Part shown: one piece after another, positions 54,201 to 60,341 of the stretch
Position numbering within the stretch: position 1 is the stretch's first letter
How the letters are laid out: the number at the start of each line of letters is the position of its first letter
Assembly: GCA_002633005.1 (NCBI GenBank)
Contig: NMRA01000495.1
Span: 160,837-224,836 of the forward strand
From: Phoronis australis
Lineage: Eukaryota; Animalia; Phoronida
DNA: 64,000 bases
Direction of reading: 5' to 3'
Translations under genes and position numbers: made by a program
The notes under the pieces: model-generated
Databases searched by the model: none
What the model was told of the DNA's origin: nothing
The model's input: the letters and a program-made list of their open reading frames with translations, nothing else

Positions 54201-55381
54201 CCAGCGCATCTATATCTATGAGTAACGGTGTATGTATTTCTCCCTCCCATCTTTACTATACAAGAGCAATGTTCTAACAGATAATTCAAATATAACTATA
54301 TCAATTGAAATCTTATCTTCCTCTCAAAGCTCTCAAGTTAATATGTAATTCCCTTGGCCTCATTCACTTAAACTACGGCATTGCAACTTGGGGTTTTAGC
54401 AACACTAAGAAACTCCAGACAGTCCAGAAGAGAATCCTTAAGAATATATCAAATTCACACTCTGCCCACACGTAAGGAACTTCACCTCCCTCTACTTCAA
54501 GACATCTTTAAAATCTCACAACAAAATTTACTTCAGCTTCCTAAGTATTTTTACGCTAACAAAAACTTCTGTAGTAACCCCATCCAATATAAACCAACCA
54601 GACACATTAAAACTCCTACATACCAAAATCAATACTTAGCTGCTATTCCGACAATACAACCCAAAATTTTAATTCCCCCGTCCAACAAATTGTCATCAAG
54701 AGCCTATATCAGATTTGAAATTCCTCACCTTTTAAACAACAACGAAATATCAGTCTCTGCTTTAAATATAATAAAAACACACTCTTTGCAAGCATTTTCC
54801 AGGTCCTTAACCAATTTTGTAATTAGCAACTATGATCCAATCTGTCATATTTCCAATTGCTTCACATGTAACAGTATCTACCGTAAATGCGTTCACAGTG
54901 CCAGTCTATTGCTTGGTTCCTGGCGTGTGGGCCATTTTCAGCGCTAATTCACTTTCTGTTCTTAAGTATATCTCATAATTCTGTATTTTCCACTTTTGGG
55001 TTATTCACTTATTCCTACTGATTATTATATTTACTTATTTTTGCATAGGGGACCTTCTTACTGGCGGTCGAAAACCTTTAGAAGGCCTCCCAATTTAAAT
55101 CACATTTATCTAATCATTGAATTGTCTTAATGTAAAAAAGTGTTTCTTTCTCTCTCTCTCTCCCTCTCTCTAACAATTAAGCTCCCAAACGTTGCAATGA
55201 ACTCAATGAGACACTGGCCGTGGACTGAGTTGAAACAACGATCAAATTACTTACACTGACATTTAACGACCGCGATGTGTATAACTGTAGCGTACAGAAG
55301 TACGGATACAGAAAACAAAATGAGACTATGAGTGTGACAATGTTTTGAATATGGCGCTTCTTGGGCTCCAAATAACGTCAT
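118..55381 (-). CDS. Large secreted or membrane EGF-repeat/laminin-G protein (EYS/Crumbs-like), 34 coding exons, 3' end outside window
   Basis: Exons joined by hand with GT-AG sites and matching phases: 55255-55381, 52762-52929, 51888-52066, 51116-51307, 49216-49368, 44725-44851, 43366-43442, 42082-42241, 37525-37674, 33659-33802, 23413-23604, 22447-22560, 19544-21094, 18189-18339, 17367-17581, 15853-16080, 14921-15034, 13614-13727, 12898-13035, 12109-12197, 11440-11587, 9925-10116, 9211-9307, 8684-8917, 7917-8089, 7392-7562, 6540-6646, 5527-5698, 4426-4794, 3262-3402, 2729-2935, 1994-2212, 1159-1267, 118-282. The frame is open throughout and the EGF cysteine pattern is continuous across junctions. 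Confidence 0.9.
1159..1267 (-). CDS. EGF/LamG gene exon 33 (LamG2)
   Basis: [36 protein letters not shown]; phase 1-2. Confidence 0.85.
1994..2212 (-). CDS. EGF/LamG gene exon 32 (LamG2 N-terminal part)
   Basis: GFHGNSHV...[14 protein letters not shown]...GDFLSLAL...KFNLG; phase 1-1. Confidence 0.9.
2729..2935 (-). CDS. EGF/LamG gene exon 31 (two EGFs between the LamG domains)
   Basis: CSNRGTC...[12 protein letters not shown]...[12 protein letters not shown]...[12 protein letters not shown]. Confidence 0.9.
3262..3402 (-). CDS. EGF/LamG gene exon 30 (LamG1 C-terminal part)
   Basis: [28 protein letters not shown]...[11 protein letters not shown]; phase 1-1; not in ORF track. Confidence 0.85.
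3623..3798. repeat. Foldback palindrome (about 78-bp arms)
   Basis: TAAATAGGTAAA...CAGAAACAGA / TCTGTTTCTG...TTTACCTATTTA with few mismatches. Confidence 0.85.
4426..4794 (-). CDS. EGF/LamG gene exon 29 (LamG1)
   Basis: [11 protein letters not shown]...[11 protein letters not shown]...YSDGEQHTV...FYIG; phase 1-1. Confidence 0.9.
5527..5698 (-). CDS. EGF/LamG gene exon 28 (EGF)
   Basis: [17 protein letters not shown]...[14 protein letters not shown]; phase 0-1. Confidence 0.9.
6540..6646 (-). CDS. EGF/LamG gene exon 27 (EGF)
   Basis: [36 protein letters not shown]; phase 1-0. Confidence 0.9.
7392..7562 (-). CDS. EGF/LamG gene exon 26 (EGF)
   Basis: KPCGDNGLC...[20 protein letters not shown]...; phase 1-1. 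Confidence 0.9.
7917..8089 (-). CDS. EGF/LamG gene exon 25 (EGF)
   Basis: [19 protein letters not shown]...[14 protein letters not shown]; phase 2-1. Confidence 0.9.
8520..8678. repeat. Imperfect (CA)n microsatellite
   Basis: CACACA/CACG runs. Confidence 0.8.
8684..8917 (-). CDS. EGF/LamG gene exon 24 (EGF)
   Basis: [12 protein letters not shown]...[11 protein letters not shown]...[12 protein letters not shown]; phase 2-2. Confidence 0.9.
9211..9307 (-). CDS. EGF/LamG gene exon 23 (EGF)
   Basis: [32 protein letters not shown]; phase 1-2; not in ORF track. Confidence 0.9.
9925..10116 (-). CDS. EGF/LamG gene exon 22 (EGF)
   Basis: PCKNGGSC...[14 protein letters not shown]...PCKNGATC; phase 1-1. 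Confidence 0.9.
10300..10505 (-). repeat. Repeat with decayed tRNA-like segment (related copy about 6044-6120)
   Basis: Minus strand TAGCTCGACGTCATAGCATTAGACTGTAAC...GCAGGTTCGAT; CCT(C/T)GATTTCAGCGAATGTC shared with 6046. Confidence 0.45.
11440..11587 (-). CDS. EGF/LamG gene exon 21 (EGF)
   Basis: [49 protein letters not shown]; phase 0-1; not in ORF track. Confidence 0.9.
12109..12197 (-). CDS. EGF/LamG gene exon 20 (EGF)
   Basis: [30 protein letters not shown]; phase 1-0. Confidence 0.88.
12898..13035 (-). CDS. EGF/LamG gene exon 19 (EGF)
   Basis: [46 protein letters not shown]; phase 1-1. Confidence 0.9.
13614..13727 (-). CDS. EGF/LamG gene exon 18 (114-nt EGF)
   Basis: [38 protein letters not shown]; phase 1-1. 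Confidence 0.9.
14921..15034 (-). CDS. EGF/LamG gene exon 17 (114-nt EGF)
   Basis: [38 protein letters not shown]; phase 1-1. Confidence 0.9.
15853..16080 (-). CDS. EGF/LamG gene exon 16 (two EGFs, 228 nt)
   Basis: [22 protein letters not shown]...[10 protein letters not shown]; phase 1-1. Confidence 0.9.
17367..17581 (-). CDS. EGF/LamG gene exon 15 (EGF)
   Basis: [17 protein letters not shown]...KCICNDGFA; phase 2-1. Confidence 0.9.
18189..18339 (-). CDS. EGF/LamG gene exon 14 (EGF)
   Basis: [32 protein letters not shown]...[12 protein letters not shown]; phase 1-2. Confidence 0.9.
19544..21094 (-). CDS. EGF/LamG gene exon 13 (1551-nt exon, about 13.5 EGF repeats)
   Basis: Lies within the 544-aa ORF 19497-21131; acceptor ttccag, donor gtaatc; phase 1-1. 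Confidence 0.95.
21200..21805 (+). mobile_element. CR1/Jockey-group LINE 3' fragment
   Basis: [25 protein letters not shown], typical ORF2 C-terminus; then AATAAA at about 21765 and a TTA/TTG-rich tail; 5' boundary approximate. Confidence 0.7.
22447..22560 (-). CDS. EGF/LamG gene exon 12 (114-nt EGF)
   Basis: [38 protein letters not shown]. Confidence 0.9.
22575..23325. repeat. Same CACTAGG-unit repeat family
   Basis: Recurring GCCACTAG / AAATTTCAT / GGAGATACAG motifs. Confidence 0.55.
23413..23604 (-). CDS. EGF/LamG gene exon 11 (EGF)
   Basis: [23 protein letters not shown]...[10 protein letters not shown]; phase 1-1. Confidence 0.9.
23890..24020 (-). repeat. Interspersed repeat family (other copies about 14015-14130 and 48845-48950 on +)
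   Basis: Shared GTTGAATTATGG(A/G)ATAGAATT core and flanks. Confidence 0.55.
25858..28632. mobile_element. hAT-like non-autonomous DNA transposon
   Basis: TIR CAGGGCTCGAC...GTCGAGCCCTG plus inverted subterminal CAGGTCGCATTT(T)GCGA repeats; no clear 8-bp TSD. Confidence 0.65.
27750..28090 (-). mobile_element. 5'-truncated non-LTR retrotransposon 3' end with RNase H motif
   Basis: [18 protein letters not shown] in frame with ORF 27781-28020; stop followed by a short AGATGACTG repeat tail. Confidence 0.7.
28905..30550. mobile_element. Kolobok-like DNA transposon remnant with decayed THAP domain (copy 1)
   Basis: TTAA TSD; TIR AGGAGAATGCCA...TGGCATTCTCCT; frameshifted VPAC...RRKWL...LRVYGRHF on minus at about 30190-30385. 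Confidence 0.8.
30612..30755 (-). CDS. Second copy of EGF exon 10 (probable allelic duplicate)
   Basis: 144-nt exon with intact splice sites; differs from 33659-33802 by a few substitutions; lies in a block duplicated across an N gap. Confidence 0.5.
30865..31460. other. Assembly gap (N run)
   Basis: 596 N between near-identical blocks 28407-30864 and 31461-33911. Confidence 0.98.
31950..33597. mobile_element. Kolobok-like element (copy 2, duplicated block)
   Basis: Same TTAA-flanked TIRs and internal sequence as 28905-30550. Confidence 0.75.
33659..33802 (-). CDS. EGF/LamG gene exon 10 (EGF)
   Basis: [48 protein letters not shown]; phase 1-1; not in ORF track. Confidence 0.88.
35945..37416 (-). 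mobile_element. Decayed THAP-encoding element, possibly Kolobok
   Basis: [11 protein letters not shown]...LHNFPTD...RAW...VC(frameshift)HF at about 36975-37123; TTAA+AG at both putative ends but TIRs weak, so boundaries are uncertain. Confidence 0.55.
37525..37674 (-). CDS. EGF/LamG gene exon 9 (calcium-binding-type EGF)
   Basis: [50 protein letters not shown]. Confidence 0.9.
39041..39167 (+). promoter_or_regulatory. Putative promoter of the nested gene (RFX X-box, CRE half-site, TATA)
   Basis: GTTACCTTGGAAAC at 39041-39054, CGTCA near 39144, TATAAAA at 39161-39167. Confidence 0.5.
39484..39642. mobile_element. MITE (Tc1/mariner-pogo type)
   Basis: Perfect 24-bp TIR CCGTAATCGTTCGGGTTAACGCCC with TA on both sides. 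Confidence 0.85.
40178..40765 (+). CDS. Nested intronic gene: 195-aa hydrophilic protein with C-terminal CaaX (CCIL) and RVxF-like motif
   Basis: Clean ATG-to-TGA ORF; acceptor at 40132-40133 just upstream; likely non-coding exon 1 ending 39264 (AAG|gtaatg); TATA box at 39161; AATAAA at 40947. Confidence 0.7.
   Translation: MSTDNVSVLNFRTESKMTSPVMSPVSFDYSNFVAIADDRLWDESAQSIGFVRDETPYPKERKTSNETGIVLSRERKISDISGLAIAEAVKNTQADHVRKAWEDIFPVTDAKRGKVQRMSVICTSHNGNRHQTADYMRETKPGVKVHVSNRTKISMASRDKGERSKTVTFSQNLTTAYSYPFQQDSQKRTKMCCIL
41040..41632. repeat. Same CACTAGG-unit repeat family
   Basis: GTCACTAGGGGAC, GCCACTAGAGGG, GGAGACACAGC motifs and a similar 3' end. Confidence 0.5.
42082..42241 (-). CDS. EGF/LamG gene exon 8 (EGF)
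   Basis: [53 protein letters not shown]; phase 0-1; not in ORF track. Confidence 0.9.
43366..43442 (-). CDS. EGF/LamG gene exon 7 (EGF)
   Basis: [26 protein letters not shown]; donor gtaagt; phase 1-0. Confidence 0.88.
44725..44851 (-). CDS. EGF/LamG gene exon 6 (stalk end plus first EGF of the array)
   Basis: [42 protein letters not shown]; phase 0-1. Confidence 0.88.
45515..45805. repeat. Degenerate tandem repeat (about 67-bp unit)
   Basis: Recurring AATAAGCGCATTAGGCAGGTATTATGTACTTTAAGTAGCGCAAATAG. Confidence 0.7.
49216..49368 (-). CDS. EGF/LamG gene exon 5 (Ser/Thr/Pro-rich, mucin-like)
   Basis: [20 protein letters not shown]...[10 protein letters not shown]; phase 0-0, good AG/GT sites. 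Confidence 0.75.
49480..51097. repeat. Degenerate ~145-bp tandem-unit element (CACTAGG...AAATTTCA), possibly Helentron-associated (HINE/DINE-like)
   Basis: About 10 recurring CACTAGGNGG units; terminal stem-loop TATGCACCTGCATA-AAAA-TATGCGGGTGCATA at 51063-51094; relatives at about 22575-23325 and 41040-41632. Confidence 0.6.
51116..51307 (-). CDS. EGF/LamG gene exon 4 (Thr-rich, mucin-like)
   Basis: [43 protein letters not shown]...; phase 0-0, donor gtgagt. Confidence 0.75.
51888..52066 (-). CDS. EGF/LamG gene exon 3 (isolated EGF)
   Basis: [15 protein letters not shown]...[16 protein letters not shown]; phase 1-0. Confidence 0.88.
52762..52929 (-). CDS. EGF/LamG gene exon 2 (LDL-receptor class A module)
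   Basis: CPDNSFIC...[20 protein letters not shown], LDLa CDGxxDC..SDE signature; phase 1-1. Confidence 0.85.
53416..53640. repeat. Minisatellite, 45 bp x 5
   Basis: AACCAATGGAGACTACAAGTAAGCACCTTGACTACAGTTAATTGT, near-perfect copies. Confidence 0.95.
54300..55170 (+). mobile_element. CR1-group (L2/Crack-like) LINE 3' fragment with (CT)n tail
   Basis: HTLP..KEL.L..LQDI...THSLQAFS...[13 protein letters not shown] in ORF 54381-54947; CT microsatellite tail; related tails at 57586-57692 and 57900-58022. Confidence 0.65.
55255..55381 (-). CDS. EGF/LamG gene exon 1 (signal peptide)
   Basis: ACAATG with an in-frame upstream stop; [42 protein letters not shown]; donor gtaagt in phase 1 matching the LDLa exon. 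Confidence 0.75.
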
Positions 55382-56515
55382 TGTTCCGTAATTTTAACAC
55401 TTATTAACCGTCACACAAGATAGTTATTATGAGCCTTCTTGCGGCTAGACGGGTTGAAGCAGACCACATAGCCAACAAACGCGATTTTTGCCGTTCAACT
55501 TCGTCAGCATCGTCAAAAGTTTACATCGCGACTTCTCCATTCAGCTGTTCGGTTGCGCATCGGTTGCTGCCGAAGTAAATGCAGCGCTCCCTGTCGCTCG
55601 GATGAGGTCATCGGTTTCCAGGTGTGTCAAAAATGAATAAAGTGCTATAACCCTAGAATATTCTCATATAACAAAAAAAAATAGAAATACGTCAAAATAC
55701 TGCAATAATCTGGTTCAATTTTGACTTTTCTTCAATTTGTCTTGACGTTACATCGCAAAGGTCGAACCGAAACCTTTTATTTTGTGTTCAGAGCGACACA
55801 CTTTGGTCACGCTTCAAGGTAAAGTGTTGGAGGCTGGTCTCCGAACAAGTGAAATGAAGGTTTGTACTTCATGGTCGACACAATGTTTGGAAGTCCTTGA
55901 TTTAGTTTACCAGTTTCATCCACTGAATAACATGTGTTGAGCCGCGTAGATGTTTCTAGGGTTTTATCATTTCGCAGAGACGTGCAGTAGCCAGCTAGCT
56001 GTAACCCCTCACCCTCGGTTGGCCGGTTAGGCCAGGGGCTTACAGCCGCTTACATGTTACACTGTTCCCATCGCTTTCTTAACGAATTTCGTTCTGTGTA
56101 TTTTAAACGGGGAAAATTAGGTCACTGATTAAGAGTTTTTACCTCGTCAAAAATACATTCCATACTTAAAACTATCACTTAGAAAGGCGCTTACTTTCTT
56201 TTCTGAAGTCTTCAGTGTTCCTTTCTACTACTTCCACATATGATCATATCTTCGTTTGACGAAGCTTAGTTACGAGAATTAAGGTGACTTTGGTGAAGAA
56301 TTCCAACTCCACTTTTTTGGTCACCGATAATCACAGAGTATTTCAACTGAGGCACTGAGTTAGGCAAAGTCTAGTGCGAGACTGAGCGAAGGGCGTGATG
56401 CTAGCGCGTGACACTTGCAAAACAGCATGGGAAGGTATCAAGTGAAATTCGTAAGATTGGTGTCCCGTGGAGTTTTTATTTCTCAGCGTGCGTGATTTCA
56501 TATAACTTCCTCAAA
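55382..56515. promoter_or_regulatory. Divergent (head-to-head) promoter region of the EGF/LamG gene and ATPAF1
   Basis: About 1.1 kb between the opposite ATGs; YY1-like CAAAATGGC at 56512-56520. Confidence 0.55.
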
Positions 56516-56793
56516 ATGGCAACTGGTAGGAGAAACTCGAGCAAACCGCGACAGGTTTTCATCGATTTGTTCAAATTATCTTGACTGAATCATCTCCAGA
56601 CTTATGGCATGTGTTAATTATAACTCCATGTGCATATGTGCATATATGCATGTTTCATTTGCTTTTATTTCTTGTATTTTGAAATTCGTAACATTTTGTG
56701 GGGATGTACTATCACCCCTGTATGCCTGCTGCTTACAGTCAGCAGTGAAAGCTTTGCAGTTATGCACCCATCACAAACCTTTTCTATTTGCAG

Positions 56794-56993
56794 GCTGCAA
56801 GGATGCTTCATCTTGCACTGTGTCAACTCAAGCAATGTCAGTTGATGACTCGGATTACAACATGTTCAGTGCCTGGACAGCTCTGTTCACAGTTCAACAG
56901 ACACATGAGTAAAGCAGCTGAGGACGTCGGCAAGGAGCTGAACGACAACCCGTTCCTCGATAAATACCTGTCCAAGATACAAAGTCTTAAAGA
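56794..56993 (+). CDS. ATPAF1: Second copy of the ATPAF1 presequence exon (probable allelic duplicate)
   Basis: 200-nt exon near-identical to 60342-60541; possible upstream exon 56516-56554. Confidence 0.5.
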
Positions 56994-58175
56994 GTGCGTT
57001 TAGCCATGGGTTATTGTACATGAACCACCGATTCTGTGTGTTCTCAATGCACGAGATCTGTGATGTTGCAGACAAACCACAACATCTGTACTACTGGTGC
57101 CACCTGCTCAGTTAGCTAGAACTGATAATTTTTGTTGCGTCGTTAGAGCTTGAAATTTACAATTTCATTTCCCGAGCTATTGCCAAAAATATTCACGATA
57201 AAATGAATTACTGTACGATCTATATAATGCAGCATAGTTTTTGCAATTTTATAAAAATACCAACTGATAATGGAACCACAGTGAGGCGGCATTGGCACAT
57301 ATCATTGAACTCATTTTGGCTAGAGCTGATGGACTATTTTATTAGTGACGGATTTTATGACTTAGAATTCACACGTGAATTCTTGGCACCCTGGCAGGTA
57401 GTCTACACACTGTTGTGGTTTCAGCCAGGTGTTCAGGTTCAAGTAAATGCAACATCGCAAGGTCAGTTCTTTGCGCCCACGGTGTAGGGGTACATGTTGA
57501 AAGATTCAAGTGCAGTATTTGGGTGAATAGTTTGGTCCAAACTTTCTGGACGTGCTTCATTTTTGTGCAAGTTATGTGCCTAGCNATTACCTTTAGAAGG
57601 CCTCCTAATTGAAATCAAATTTTAATCTATGTATTATTATTATGTACTGTAAATAAAAGCGTTTTCTCTCTCTCTCTCTCTCTTCTCTCTCTCATATTTC
57701 CAATTGCTTCACATGTAACAGTATCTACATGCGTTCACAGTGCCAGTCTATTTCTTGGTTCCTGGCGTGTGGGCCATTTTCAGCACTAATTCACTTTCTG
57801 TTCTTAAGTATATCTCATAATTCTGTATTTTCCTCTTTTGTGTTATTCACTTATTCCTACTGATTTTTATTTATATTCTACTTATTTATTTTTGTATAGG
57901 GGACCTTCTTAATGGCGGTCGAAAACCTTAAGAAGGCCTCCCAATTTAAATCGCATTTATCTAATCATTGTATTATGTCTTAATGTAAATAAAAGTGTTT
58001 CTTTCTCTCTCTCTCTCCCTCTAACAATTAAGTTCCCAAACGCTGCAATGAACTCAATGAGACACTGGCCGTGGACAGTCGTGGACTGAGTTGAAACATA
58101 GCAGGTTTGATTGTGTCTTGATGCTGATCCTTAGGTATTAGTTTTCTGTGCAAATACAACGATCAAATTACTTAC

Positions 58176-58302
58176 ACTGACATTTAACGACCGCGATGGG
58201 TATGACTGTCGCGTACAGAAGTACGGATACAGAAAACAAAATGAGACTATGAGTGTGACAATGTTTTGAATATGGCGCTTCTTGGGCTCCAAATAACGTC
58301 AT
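58176..58302 (-). CDS. Second copy of signal-peptide exon 1 (probable allelic duplicate)
   Basis: Near-identical to 55255-55381 (one H-to-P change seen) in the block duplicated across the n at 57585. Confidence 0.5.
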
Positions 58303-58911
58303 TGTTCCGTAATTTTAACACTTATTAAGCGTCACACAGGATAGTTATGATGAGCCTTCTTGCGGCTAGACGGGTTGAAGCAGACCACATAGCCAACAAA
58401 CGCGATTTTTGCCGTTCAACTTCGTCAGCATCGTCAAAAGTTTACATCGCGACTTCTCCGTTCAGCTGTTCGGTTGCGCATCGGTTGCTGCCGAAGTAAA
58501 TGCAGCGCTCCCTGTTGCTCGGATGAGGTCATCAGTTTCCAGGTGTGTCAAAAATGAATAAAGCGCTATAACCCTGGAATATTATTATATAACAAAAAAA
58601 ACTAGAAATGCGTCAAAATACTGCAATAATCTGGTTCAATTTTGACTTTTCTTCAATTTGTGTTGACGTTACATCGCAAAGGTTGAACCGAAACCTATTA
58701 TTTTGTGTTCAGAGCGACACACTTTGGTCACGCTTCAAGGTAAAGTGTTGGAGGCTGGTCTCCGAACAAGTGAAATGAAGGTTTGTACTTCATGGTCGAC
58801 ACAATTTTTGGAAGTCCTTGATTCAGTTTACCAGTTTCATCCACTGGATAACATGTGTTGAGCCGCGTAGATGTTTCTAGGGTTTTATCATTTCGCAGAG
58901 ACATACAGTAG

Positions 58912-59544
58912 TGTAGTAATAGCCGAGATAACCCGACCCGGGGATCGAACCAGCGACCCCCATAAAAAACCGGCAAGCGTGCTAACCATTCAGCTAATAG
59001 GCAATTGCCCGTTAGCGAGTAGCTAACAGAGGCTCATATAATGCACCGGAACCAAATCTACAACATTCCCCCCTTTCCTACGGAACTGGCACGCGACAGG
59101 AAGGTAAACACCAGGATGTCTCGCATACAGGTCATCAACGTCCCTTGGTACCTTTACCACCACAACACAGGTGAACACAAGGTCGTCTCTCATACAGGTC
59201 CTTGACTCCTGGAACCTTCCACGCATGCTGTCCCAAGGTCCGTGGGTACTAGTTGGCAGTGCTTCATCGGTAGATCATCCGTCCTGCCGACTAGGCCAAA
59301 TGTTGTATTCCTACAGGTTCACTAGTTAGGCACAAGAGTACTTACTTTTATGAAGATATAAGTCAGTCAGTTGACGCCAAGCGGAGCAACCATAGATGAC
59401 TCGTCTTGCCGATTCTTGAAAAAAAACCATCCGACAGTGGCGCCAACGACTTATATAGGAGACATACGGGGAACACACAAAAACAGACCAATCACAAGAC
59501 GCCACAGGAAAAACAAAGGGCCAATGATGTTGCCGATTACAACA
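58912..59544 (-). mobile_element. Non-autonomous LTR/TRIM-like insertion with two dissimilar terminal units
   Basis: TG...CA ends; GTAG TSD (58908-58911 and 59545-59548); empty site at 55987-55990; tRNA-Ser-like PBS 59282-59298; PPT 59066-59078. Confidence 0.85.
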
Positions 59545-60341
59545 GTAGCTAGCCAGCTGTAGCCCCTCACCCTCGGTTGACCGGTTAGGGGCTTACAGCC
59601 GCTTACAGCAAGTTACACTACTTCCCATCGCTTTCTGTACGAATTTCGTTGTGCGTATTTTAAACGGGATGTAGGGAAAATTCGGTCACTGATTAAGAGT
59701 TTTTACCTCGTCAAAAATGCATTCCATTCTTAAAACTATCACTTAAAAAGGCGCTTACTTTCTTTTCTGAAGTCTTCAGTGTTCCTTTCTACTACATATG
59801 ATCATATCGTTATTCGACGAAGCTTAGTTACGAGAATTAAGGTGACTTTGGTGAAGAATTCCAACTCCACTTTTTTGGTCAACGATAATCACAGAGTATT
59901 TCAACTAAGTCACGTGGGTTAGGCAAAGTCTAGTGCGAGACTGAGTGAAGGGCGTGATGCTAGCGCGCGACACTTGCAAAACAGCATGGGAAGGTATCAA
60001 GTGAAATTCGTAAGATTGGTGTCCCGTGTAGTTTTTATTTCTCAGCTTGCGTGATTTCATGTAACTTCCTCAAAATGGCAACTAGTAGGAGAAACTCTAG
60101 CAAACCGCGACAGGTTTTCATCAATTTGTTCAAATTATCTTGACTGAATCGTCTCTAGACTTATGGCATGTGTTAATTATAACTCCATGTGCATACATGC
60201 ATGTTTCATTTGCTTTTATTTCTTGTATTTTGAAATTCGTAACATTTTGTGGGTATGTACTGTCACCCCTGTATGCCTGCTGCTTACAGTCAGTGAAAGC
60301 TTTGCAGTTATGCACCCATCACAAACCTTTTCTGTTTGCAG

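Noticed and set aside
118-55381. Calling the gene Notch, fibropellin or a definite EYS/CRB ortholog
   Set aside because: LamG domains follow the EGF array, with no LNR/ankyrin, CUB or avidin domains seen; the C-terminus needed to separate EYS from Crumbs is outside the window.
56604-57560. ORFs repeated at 60130-61032 as a duplicated gene family
   Set aside because: They reflect the duplicated block; only the ATPAF1 exon frame has recognisable protein similarity.
58931-58996. Functional tRNA gene
   Set aside because: A and B boxes are present, but the anticodon arm is replaced by a T6 run that would terminate Pol III, and it lies inside a mobile element.
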